Assembly: GCA_040002475.1 (NCBI GenBank)
Contig: JBDUEJ010000027.1
Location: forward strand, 12,086 to 76,085
Length of the DNA: 64,000 nt
Source of the DNA: a bacterium
GTDB lineage: Bacteria; Gemmatimonadota; Gemmatimonadetes; Gemmatimonadales; Gemmatimonadaceae
Reading direction: 5' to 3'
The notes under the pieces are model-generated. The model ran no database searches. It had not been told where the DNA came from and worked only from the letters and a program-made list of their open reading frames with translations. The position numbers were made by a program, and so were the translations under genes. Shown here one piece after another: positions 56,090 through 64,000 of the stretch (positions are counted from its first letter, which is position 1; each line of letters starts with the position of its first letter).

Positions 56090-57460
56090 ATGCCACTCGC
56101 CAAAGATCTCGACGCGTTTCTCGACGCGAACCAATCGCGCGCCCTCGACCAGTTGTTCGAGCTGCTGCGCATCCCGAGCGTCAGTGCGCGCTCTGAGCAC
56201 AACCCCGACACCAAGCGCGCCGCGGGATGGGTCGCCAATTCGCTGCGGACCGTTGGTCTGACCGCGAACATTCATTCGACGAAGGGACACCCCATTGTCG
56301 TGGGGGAATGGCGTGGCGCACCTGCCGGCGCGCAAACCATTCTGGTCTACGGACACTACGACGTTCAGCCCGCCGAGCCCCTCGATCTGTGGGACAGCCC
56401 GCCGTTCGAGCCGCAGATCCGCGACGGAAAGATTTTCGCGCGCGGGTCGGTGGACGACAAAGGACAGCTCTTTCTGCACGTCAAGGCGATCGAGGCACAC
56501 CTCGCCACGCGCGGAACGCTGCCGGTCAACATCATCGTGCTCGCCGAGGGTGAGGAAGAAGTCGGCAGCGACAACCTCGCCGAGTTCATCGAAGGGCATC
56601 AGGATTTGCTCAAATGCGATGCAGTCGTCATTTCTGACTCCGGGATGTTCGCACCAGGCTTGCCGTCAATCTTGTCGTCGCTGCGTGGGCTCGCGTACTT
56701 CCAGATCGACGTGCAGGGCCCGGCTACCGATCTGCACTCCGGCAGCTACGGTGGCGCGGTGATGAATCCCGCCATGGCGTTGGCGCGCATTCTCGCCACG
56801 ATGCACGATGCCGACGGTCACGTCGCCATCAAGGGCTTTTACGACAAGGTGCGCGATTGGGGCGCCGCGGCCCGCGACGAAATTCGCGCGCTTCCGTTTG
56901 ACGACGAACATTTTCGCGCCGAGACCGGCTCGCCGGAACTGTTCGGCGAAAAAGGATACTCGACGCTGGAGCGCGTGTGGATGCGTCCAACGTGCGAGGT
57001 GAACGGCTTGCTCAGCGGGTATACCGGCGAAGGAGCGAAGACGGTTCTGCCGGCCAAGGCAATGGCGAAAGTGAGTTGCCGTCTCATCGCGGACCAATCG
57101 CCCGATGAGATCCAACACCTCATGCAAGCGCATGTCGAGCGGGTGCGGCCAAAGGGCGTGACGGTGACCGTGACGCATCTGCACGGCGGACATCCGTGGC
57201 GCGCCGACCTCAAGGGTCATCTGTTCGACGCCGCGCGCCGCGCGCTGGCGACCGCGTTCGATCGCGAGCCGGTGATCACGGGCGAAGGCGGATCAATCCC
57301 CGTCGTCGGCGACTTCCAACGCATACTCGGCGCGCCGGTGCTGCTCGTTGGATTTGGATTGCCCGGCGAGAACGCGCACGCGCCGAACGAGTGGATGAGT
57401 CAGGAGAACTACAACAAGGGGACGAAGGCGATCGCGGCGCTGTGGGATGAGCTTGCATAA
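56090..57460 (+). CDS. M20-family dipeptidase
   Basis: The ORF is 456 aa. Motifs are LVYGHYDVQP, ARGSVDDKGQ and EGEEEVGS. Confidence 0.9.
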   Translation: MPLAKDLDAFLDANQSRALDQLFELLRIPSVSARSEHNPDTKRAAGWVANSLRTVGLTANIHSTKGHPIVVGEWRGAPAGAQTILVYGHYDVQPAEPLDLWDSPPFEPQIRDGKIFARGSVDDKGQLFLHVKAIEAHLATRGTLPVNIIVLAEGEEEVGSDNLAEFIEGHQDLLKCDAVVISDSGMFAPGLPSILSSLRGLAYFQIDVQGPATDLHSGSYGGAVMNPAMALARILATMHDADGHVAIKGFYDKVRDWGAAARDEIRALPFDDEHFRAETGSPELFGEKGYSTLERVWMRPTCEVNGLLSGYTGEGAKTVLPAKAMAKVSCRLIADQSPDEIQHLMQAHVERVRPKGVTVTVTHLHGGHPWRADLKGHLFDAARRALATAFDREPVITGEGGSIPVVGDFQRILGAPVLLVGFGLPGENAHAPNEWMSQENYNKGTKAIAALWDELA

Positions 57461-57464
57461 GAGC

Positions 57465-57515
57465 CACTGCAGTACCTGGTACTCCGGTACTCCGGGAGTA
57501 CGCTGTACTTCAGTG
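57465..57515. repeat. GTAC-rich palindromic repeat, copy R3 (terminator-like hairpin between convergent stops)
   Basis: This 51-nt imperfect palindrome is CACTGCAGTACCTGGTACTCC...GGGAGTACGCTGTACTTCAGTG. Its stems of 5, 5 and 7 bp are separated by small mismatches. It fits exactly between the M20 stop (57460) and the TamB stop (57519), and is followed by TTGTT. Confidence 0.65.
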
Positions 57516-57518
57516 TTG

Positions 57519-60500
57519 TTAAAACCTCCACTCGCGAATGACAAACCCTCCGATCGCAGGCACGGTCCGCCATGTCTGCTGATTGAGCGTCGGTTCGTTG
57601 AGCAAAATTCGCGGCTCAATGCTCGCGTTGAAGCGCCATCCGTCGGCGGTGCGATGCTCGATGCCAAAGCCTGGTCTCCCCGCCTGCTCCTGCGCGCTGA
57701 TAAAGGTGCGCGGGTTGATGTACTTGCCGGCCTCGAACTTCGTTTCCGTGAAGAATCGACTCAGACCTGAGCCGCCGGTGAAGAGTGGAATATCCCCCGG
57801 CGTGATGTCGAGCACATCGGTGCCGAGTGCGCGGCCGGCTTGCACTTCCATCTGATCCACCGCAACGCCGAGGGCCACGCTCGCCAGCCGTTGCACCGCA
57901 AGCTGCGCACCGACGCCGAATAGATCGTTCGTTGCCGCCGACCCGGCGATGCTCGACGAGTTGAAGGCGAGCAGCGACCCCTCCGCCTGCCCGAATGCCA
58001 AAAGACTCAAGAGCTCGGACTGCGTCTTGGGCGGCTGAGCGTCGCTTTCAAGAGCGAGCTTTGGCCGCTTCATCGTCCCGCCGATGATGACGGAGATGTT
58101 CACTGCCCGACCGGCAATCTGCACCTGATACTCGCCCGTGACCTGCAACGTCGGATTGAGGTCGGGGCTGCCGATGAAGATCGCCGAGCCGCGCTTGACC
58201 TGAAAACGCTTGCTCAAGAAGCTGTATTCGCCGCGATCTGTCGTGATCGCGCCGGTGAGCGTGAGTGCCTGCTGCTCGGCGTGAATCGATATCGGATCTT
58301 CAGTGAAGACTTCGACATTCGCTTCGCGGTTCCTTACCCACGTGTTGTGCTTGACGTTGAGCGCGACGTCCACGCGCAGATTCGCTAACAGGGGCGACTG
58401 CACCGGGAAGATCTCCCGATCGCTCGCCACCGCCGTGTCGATCACATTGAACAACGCCGGATCGCCGGCGCCAATTGTGTGGCGGCCGGTTGGTTCCGGG
58501 GCGTAGAACACACCCTGTGTCACGTTGATCGCGCCGCTCAGATATGCATCCTTGAATGGCCCGCTCAGCGCCAGGCCGGCGTCCATGCGCAGCTTGCCGC
58601 GGTCATTGTTCAGCAACTCCGCGCCCTCCGATACCAGGAACATGTTGAGCGACGGCTCACGCCAATCGCCAACGGCCATCGTTCCGCGCACGCGTACTGA
58701 CCCCTGCGCCGAGCCGGCGATCGAATCGACGTAGACCGTGTCGTTGGCCATGCGCACTGTGGCGCCGATGTTGGAGATCGTCGCGCCCGTCGCCGCCAGA
58801 GTCATTGCTCCGTGGTCGAGCGTGAATCCGCCAACGAGCGCGGGCTGCTTGACCGTACCACGAAGCGTCATTTTTCCCGCGGCTCGCCCGTGCACGGCGG
58901 TGACCATGTCCGTGAATTCCGGAATGAGCTCGAGCGGGAGGCTGTCGGCCACGAGATCCAGGGAAACCGGCTTCGCAAGCAAACGCGTGCCGGTCACACC
59001 CGAGAGCGCAAGGTTGATCGGAACCCGGCCGTCCACCACGACCATCGGCGGACCTCCTTTTCGCAGCGCGTCCACATGCGTGACGAGCGCCTGATCCGCA
59101 TAGGCGAACCGGCCCTGAAGCTCGGGCACGGCGGTGCCGGAATACTTCGCGTCGACGAGTCCAAACGTTCCGTTGAATGACGGTGTGCTCAGCGTTCCGG
59201 CCATCGATCCGTGTAACGTGATCACACCCGTCATGTCGATATCGGTTTGCACGATGTCGACGATGTTCGACACCGGGAAGTTGTCGACGTCGAGCTTGAA
59301 GTCGGCCACTCCGTCCGTGGGAAGCAGACCGTTCGCATAGATGCGACCGTTGCCGCGATTGCGCAGCTCGAGGTCGGTGACTTGAATGCCCGGTCCGCCC
59401 CATTGGATCATCGACGGCCGCGTCATGTTCCATGACGCCGTGTCGAAGCGGAACGCCATGCCGGCAAGGCGCAATTCCTTTCGATCGGGGTTGAGCGCGT
59501 ACTCGCCTTTCGCAGTGTACTGACGATTTCCGCCCTGTGTGACTGCGACCTCGGCGTGTCCTCCGGGCGCGGCGTACGTGACGCTCGCGGTGATACTGTC
59601 GAACGCAAACCCCATCACGCTCGCGCTGTCGGCGCTTGCCGTTACGGCGAGCGCCGCCTGCGGTGTTCGTGCGTGCGTCCAAGTGTAGTCGCTCTGCAGT
59701 CGTCGCACATAATTTCCGCGCGCGACGATGCTGTCACCCGCCGCGTGTCCGCGAAGATCGAAGTCGTAGGGGTTTCCGTGCAACGTCCCCGCTGCCGACA
59801 TTGTTCCCGACAGCGTATCGGCCGGCACCGCCTTTGGGGCAATCACCTTGAGACTCGGCGGCGGTCGGCCGTTGATCATGCGCTCCATCTCGGTCGCGCG
59901 ATCGATGCGCGCCGAGTCGGCGCGCGCACGTCGCAACGCACGAGCGAGCACGCCGGGGCGCGGTGCCACGGCGACGGCGGTCGTGGGCGCACCCGGAATC
60001 CACCGGTTGAATGCGCCGAGCGAGTCCACCGCGATTTTGTAGGCGAGATCGCCGGTATGGCCCTCCGCGATTCCAAATGCCCCCGACGCTGTAGCCGTCG
60101 TATGCGCACCGTGTGCGTAAAGCGATTTGATGGCCGCTACGCCGTCGGCGAGCGTCGCGCGCACGGACAACGAGTCGACGGCGACGCTGTCCCAGCGCGA
60201 CGTCGAGAAATCGGCGGCGATCGTCGAGTGCATCGTCGCGGGATCGGTTCCGTGACCGGTGATCGCGGCATGCGCGGTCAGCGATGTGATCGGCGCCTTG
60301 CTGTCGACGGTTCGCAAGTTCACGGTGGATAGCGTCGCCGTCAGATCATACCCTTTTTCTTTGCTTGCGAGATCGAGCGTGCCCTGGGTGGTGAATCGCC
60401 CTCCGTCCGGCAGCGCGAGGTCGGCTTGCACGTGCAGATTGTCCAGGGAGCCGACGAGATGTAGCGGACCGACCGCGGTGCCTTGCAATCCCGCCGCCGG

Positions 60501-62090
60501 CGCGAAGCGACCCACCTCGACGAGCGAGATCGGCGCCGCCGTCACGTCGATGTCGAAAAATTTACCGCCGGTCAATCCAACGGTCGCGGTACCGGCGACG
60601 ATGGAGCGCGCTCCGCGATCGCTGTGATCGAGATCGAGGGCCAGCACGAGTCGCGACGTTGTGGAGCCGTTCACGGTGGCGCTCCCCGTGATCACGCCGC
60701 TGAGCGGAAGCGACGGGTCCCACGTGCGCGCCATGTCCACTTGAACAGGCCGCAGTTGGAGCTTGAGGTCGCGTGCGCGCAAGCCGCCAGGGTCGAGGAA
60801 TCCAACTTCACCAACGGCAACGACGTGACTCACACCGGCGCGCCGATCGTCGAACGTGATGTCCATGTTCACGTCGAGCGCGTGCCGGCCCCCGTGCGCC
60901 ACGACGCGACCGGCCAGGCGTCCCTGACGCGGCGATGAGAATTTTGGAATGATCTGCTCGAGGGTGCGTGTCTCGAGGCCGGTAACCTGCAGATCGGTGT
61001 TGTGGATCGTGATCGAGTCGTCGAGCGTGATGCCGAACGAGCCGGCCGTGTGTGCGTCGCCGACGGCAAAATCGACGTTGGACATCTGATAGTCCTGAAC
61101 GGCACCGTGCCACTCGATGGCGATGTCCGTGTTGCCATGTCCGTCAATTGACAGGCGCGGATAGATCCACCGCGTGTCGACCAGGCTTTCGACCTTGCTA
61201 TGGAGCGTGACGGAGAGATCACCGCTGGTGAAGTCGTACCGCCCGTTGCCGCTCGCCGTCGAGTGGGGCATGGTCCCGAAGGCGCGCTTCCACCACACCG
61301 AATCGTTGTTGAACGGGAAAATGCCTTTGAGGTCGCGAACCACCGCACCGGGCGGACGAAACGGAAACGCAATCATCGACAGCGCCGACACTTCGAGCAG
61401 GCGGTCTTTGCGTCCCGGCTCCGAAATCCTGAGCAAGGGGATCGTCGCGCTCACCGAGTCGAGTTGCACGGTCTTCTGAAAGCCCGTGCCCACTCGCGCG
61501 ATCATCAGCCGCGAAGTGCCGGCGAGCGCGCTGCGAATGGCGCTGTCCTGACCCGCGACGCTCAAGCGTTCGCTCGGATGCCACGGCGTTCGCACGACGA
61601 GTTGCGCGTTCACCACGGTTGCGTTCGTAAAACGCACCCAGTCCCCCCACTTTCCCTGCTGGACAGTCGTCTTCGGAGTCGTATCGTGCGGAAAGATGTG
61701 CTGCCAGTTCCACGGGCCGACCGGCGGGCGGTCGAGGAGAACGCGCGGGCGAACGACCACAGCGTTCTCGATCCAGATGCGCTTTTGCCAAAGCGAGATC
61801 AGCGAGTAGTTCGCGCTGAACGACTCGGCGCTGGCGAACGGCGCGCCGGCGCTGTCGGTGATCACGACGTCGTGCACGGTCATGCCGACGAGCAGGTTGC
61901 CCGACAAGCTGCCAATCGTTGCCTTGCCGTGCGCGAGCCGTCCGAGGAACGGCTCTGCATACCGACGAATGCGCTCGTGTCCCCAATTCGTTCCGCTGAC
62001 GACATACACCGCGCCTGCGGCGACCAGCATGAGCACCGAGACACAGGAGAAGAAGACAAGGACGCCGCGACCCCAGCGAAGCCTCGCCAC
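57519..62090 (-). CDS. tamB: translocation and assembly module protein TamB (DUF490)
   Basis: The protein is about 1520 aa with one N-terminal TM (VLVFFSCVSVLMLVAAGAVYV), a long beta-rich body and a DUF490-like C-terminus. I prefer the GTG at 62090, which overlaps the TamA stop by 1 nt. The track ORF extends to 62156. Confidence 0.85.
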   Translation of the reverse strand: MARLRWGRGVLVFFSCVSVLMLVAAGAVYVVSGTNWGHERIRRYAEPFLGRLAHGKATIGSLSGNLLVGMTVHDVVITDSAGAPFASAESFSANYSLISLWQKRIWIENAVVVRPRVLLDRPPVGPWNWQHIFPHDTTPKTTVQQGKWGDWVRFTNATVVNAQLVVRTPWHPSERLSVAGQDSAIRSALAGTSRLMIARVGTGFQKTVQLDSVSATIPLLRISEPGRKDRLLEVSALSMIAFPFRPPGAVVRDLKGIFPFNNDSVWWKRAFGTMPHSTASGNGRYDFTSGDLSVTLHSKVESLVDTRWIYPRLSIDGHGNTDIAIEWHGAVQDYQMSNVDFAVGDAHTAGSFGITLDDSITIHNTDLQVTGLETRTLEQIIPKFSSPRQGRLAGRVVAHGGRHALDVNMDITFDDRRAGVSHVVAVGEVGFLDPGGLRARDLKLQLRPVQVDMARTWDPSLPLSGVITGSATVNGSTTSRLVLALDLDHSDRGARSIVAGTATVGLTGGKFFDIDVTAAPISLVEVGRFAPAAGLQGTAVGPLHLVGSLDNLHVQADLALPDGGRFTTQGTLDLASKEKGYDLTATLSTVNLRTVDSKAPITSLTAHAAITGHGTDPATMHSTIAADFSTSRWDSVAVDSLSVRATLADGVAAIKSLYAHGAHTTATASGAFGIAEGHTGDLAYKIAVDSLGAFNRWIPGAPTTAVAVAPRPGVLARALRRARADSARIDRATEMERMINGRPPPSLKVIAPKAVPADTLSGTMSAAGTLHGNPYDFDLRGHAAGDSIVARGNYVRRLQSDYTWTHARTPQAALAVTASADSASVMGFAFDSITASVTYAAPGGHAEVAVTQGGNRQYTAKGEYALNPDRKELRLAGMAFRFDTASWNMTRPSMIQWGGPGIQVTDLELRNRGNGRIYANGLLPTDGVADFKLDVDNFPVSNIVDIVQTDIDMTGVITLHGSMAGTLSTPSFNGTFGLVDAKYSGTAVPELQGRFAYADQALVTHVDALRKGGPPMVVVDGRVPINLALSGVTGTRLLAKPVSLDLVADSLPLELIPEFTDMVTAVHGRAAGKMTLRGTVKQPALVGGFTLDHGAMTLAATGATISNIGATVRMANDTVYVDSIAGSAQGSVRVRGTMAVGDWREPSLNMFLVSEGAELLNNDRGKLRMDAGLALSGPFKDAYLSGAINVTQGVFYAPEPTGRHTIGAGDPALFNVIDTAVASDREIFPVQSPLLANLRVDVALNVKHNTWVRNREANVEVFTEDPISIHAEQQALTLTGAITTDRGEYSFLSKRFQVKRGSAIFIGSPDLNPTLQVTGEYQVQIAGRAVNISVIIGGTMKRPKLALESDAQPPKTQSELLSLLAFGQAEGSLLAFNSSSIAGSAATNDLFGVGAQLAVQRLASVALGVAVDQMEVQAGRALGTDVLDITPGDIPLFTGGSGLSRFFTETKFEAGKYINPRTFISAQEQAGRPGFGIEHRTADGWRFNASIEPRILLNEPTLNQQTWRTVPAIGGFVIREWRF

Positions 62091-64000
62091 TAGTACGCCT
62101 CTCCGATCGAAAAATGGAGTGCGAAACGGCTGAGAAGTGTCGTACCCTGCGACCAATTCCTCGTGACGCTCAACGGCACGATGCGCGACACTCCCGCGCT
62201 GTCACGCACCGCCGTCACGACCGCGAGATTTTCGGCACGGTTCGGGTTGAAGCCGAGGTCGATGCGAATGGGTCCGACGGGTGATTCGTACCGAAGTCCA
62301 ATGCCCGGCGTCACCGCTCCAGTCCCTTTGATGACCGTGCTGATCGACTGAAACCCGCGGATGTTGCCCTGGCCAATCACTCCGGCATCGACGAACACCG
62401 CGCCCACCCAATTGCGAAGCGTGGGGCCGAGCGGCAGCGGCATGCGGTATTCCACGCTGCCTTCGAGCAGCGACGTGCCGCCGAGCGCTTGAGGAATGAA
62501 ATCGGCCGTCTTGAGCTTGGGCGAGTTGGGGTCGCAGAACTTCACGGCCTCCGTCGTCAGCGCGCACGTGCCGCCGCCTGTGCTCACAGCGCCGCGCACC
62601 AACGTCGAGTCGTCGATGGTGAGAATGCGCGGCCCGAGCTGATTCTCGCCGTAACCGCGGACGGAATTCGCGCCGCCGGCGTAGAAGCGCTTTCGCGGAT
62701 GCAACACCCCGCCGTCGATTCCGGTGGAGAGCGCGCGAACGAAACCGAAGCGCAAATGCGCCGAGTAGATGTTGTCCGTGCGGCTGCGATGGCCGTACGC
62801 CGCCGCGTCGATGAATACGCGGTTGTAACGATAGTCCGAGAGCGTCAAGCCGGATGCGTGCTCGATGTCGACGCGCGCGACGTAGCCCTTCGTGGGCGAG
62901 AACGGCAAGTCCGAGCGGTCCACGAACCCGGTGAGCGTGAGCGGGGACAACGATTGATGCGAGCGAAGCGCACCGATCGTGACGGCGTCACACACCCCGT
63001 AGTTGACGCAGAAGAACACGTCGCTCGCCTGGACATGATTCAGCTCATAGCGATAGCTGAGACTCACGGGCGCGCGCGCGGTGAGCTCGTGTGTGAGCGT
63101 TCCCTGCGCGCCGTACCCTTGGTCCACGAATACGCCGGGGTTGATGCTTCGATGGGAGAATGCACCGATGGCCGCGGCATCGGACGGTCGCCCAAGAAAT
63201 GCCGGCTGTTTGAAGGCGATGCTCGCGCTGTACGTCGGTTGGACGTAGGGTCCGATGTTGCCGTCGGGGGTGTCGGCGCGAATGTTCCGGAAGAGCCCGC
63301 GTCCCTCGAGTGAACCGGCGAGCAGATTGCCCATCGACGCGTCGACGTCGAAGCGCCGCGCGCCGCCGAACATGTTGTAGCTGGTGTAGTGCGTCTGGAA
63401 CTGCAGGAAGTCGACGTTGTTCAACCCGGGACCGATGCGCGCGTCGTGCAAGGGTGCCTCGATCACGTCGATGCTGACCGCCTTCACGCTGTCGTGCGGC
63501 TGCGGTGCGACATCGATGGCCGCCTGCCGAAACAGATTTGATTCGTACAGGTTCCGCTGGCTTTCGAGCATCGACGCTTCGCGATACAGGTCGCCGGTCG
63601 TGAAGGTGAGCGCATTGAGAATGGTCGAGACGTCGATCTTGCGGTTGCCGCTCACCGTGATGCGGCCGATCGTCGTCCGGCGGTTCGGACTAATGGCGAG
63701 CGCGACGTCGGCGAGGTAGAGCGAGTCGTTTACGACAACGCTCGTGTCCACCGCGGCGTCACCAAATCCCTGATTCCAGATCTCGCTCTGGAACAGCACG
63801 CGCATGGAGTCGAGCACGACCAAGTCGAGCGGATCGTTGGCGCGGAGCAGCGTGAGACGATCCCTGACTTTCGCGCTGATGAGCGACGAGTCGTATTTGA
63901 TCGCGACCGTCCGAATGAGCGTCGGTCGGTTCTCGGTCACGGTAAAGGTGACGCGAATGTTGTGCGGATCGTGGCGGTCCACGGTCGTATCGACCTGCGT
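62090..64000 (-). CDS. tamA: TamA/BamA-family outer-membrane protein (POTRA plus Omp85 barrel), 5' end outside the window
   Basis: POTRA-like repeats (IGRITVSGNRKIDVSTILNALTFTTGDLY) are followed by an Omp85 barrel. The frame stays open upstream of the track start (63982) to the window edge. Confidence 0.8.
   Translation of the reverse strand, partial: TQVDTTVDRHDPHNIRVTFTVTENRPTLIRTVAIKYDSSLISAKVRDRLTLLRANDPLDLVVLDSMRVLFQSEIWNQGFGDAAVDTSVVVNDSLYLADVALAISPNRRTTIGRITVSGNRKIDVSTILNALTFTTGDLYREASMLESQRNLYESNLFRQAAIDVAPQPHDSVKAVSIDVIEAPLHDARIGPGLNNVDFLQFQTHYTSYNMFGGARRFDVDASMGNLLAGSLEGRGLFRNIRADTPDGNIGPYVQPTYSASIAFKQPAFLGRPSDAAAIGAFSHRSINPGVFVDQGYGAQGTLTHELTARAPVSLSYRYELNHVQASDVFFCVNYGVCDAVTIGALRSHQSLSPLTLTGFVDRSDLPFSPTKGYVARVDIEHASGLTLSDYRYNRVFIDAAAYGHRSRTDNIYSAHLRFGFVRALSTGIDGGVLHPRKRFYAGGANSVRGYGENQLGPRILTIDDSTLVRGAVSTGGGTCALTTEAVKFCDPNSPKLKTADFIPQALGGTSLLEGSVEYRMPLPLGPTLRNWVGAVFVDAGVIGQGNIRGFQSISTVIKGTGAVTPGIGLRYESPVGPIRIDLGFNPNRAENLAVVTAVRDSAGVSRIVPLSVTRNWSQGTTLLSRFALHFSIGEAY

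Overview
This is a GC-rich 64-kb chromosomal stretch from a diderm bacterium. GC3 was roughly 80-90 percent in most genes I hand-counted. The gene content (TamA/TamB, a TonB-dependent receptor, an OMP beta-barrel, lipoproteins, many sensor kinases) would fit a Gemmatimonadota- or Acidobacteriota-like soil organism, but I cannot verify taxonomy without a search.

I support about 50 protein genes. In window order they are:
- a GH67 alpha-glucuronidase / glucarate-dehydratase-like / SDR cluster;
- a long co-directional plus-strand string: degenerate receiver, GAF histidine kinase, orphan sucA, 875-aa PIG-L protein, LysE exporter, 39-aa membrane peptide, sodium:solute symporter, NDH-2, PAS hybrid kinase, REC-ANTAR regulator;
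- a Big-domain HExxH lipoprotein and an MFS transporter;
- a BMP-type nucleoside ABC importer divergent from nadB-nadA-nadC;
- an RNB ribonuclease;
- a zwf-gnd operon that also carries HAD and cyclase-family genes;
- an HK / OmpR-RR / lipoprotein operon;
- an amidohydrolase and a proline-linker clan GH-A-like hydrolase;
- a DUF255 thioredoxin-domain protein;
- a membrane PHP protein plus a GT39-type glycosyltransferase;
- divergent MarR and TetR regulators;
- a tight TonB-receptor / TPR / LytS / LytTR / M20 operon;
- TamB and TamA.

I saw no rRNA, tRNA, CRISPR array, transposase, integrase, phage gene or recognisable defence gene.

The structure not explained by genes is noncoding and consists of two intergenic repeat families.
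1. A family of long nested palindromes. It includes a 246-bp near-perfect hairpin at 33339-33584 and related copies that follow three consecutive genes between 41 and 44.5 kb. In each of those three cases a 12-nt box sits just after the stop codon.
2. A GTAC-rich palindromic family found immediately 3' of stop codons at 31.2, 51.0 and 57.5 kb. Two members bracket the TonB/LytS operon.

A frameshifted Clp_N-domain pseudogene lies next to one GTAC-type repeat. All homology calls are from motif recognition by eye. No database search was run.
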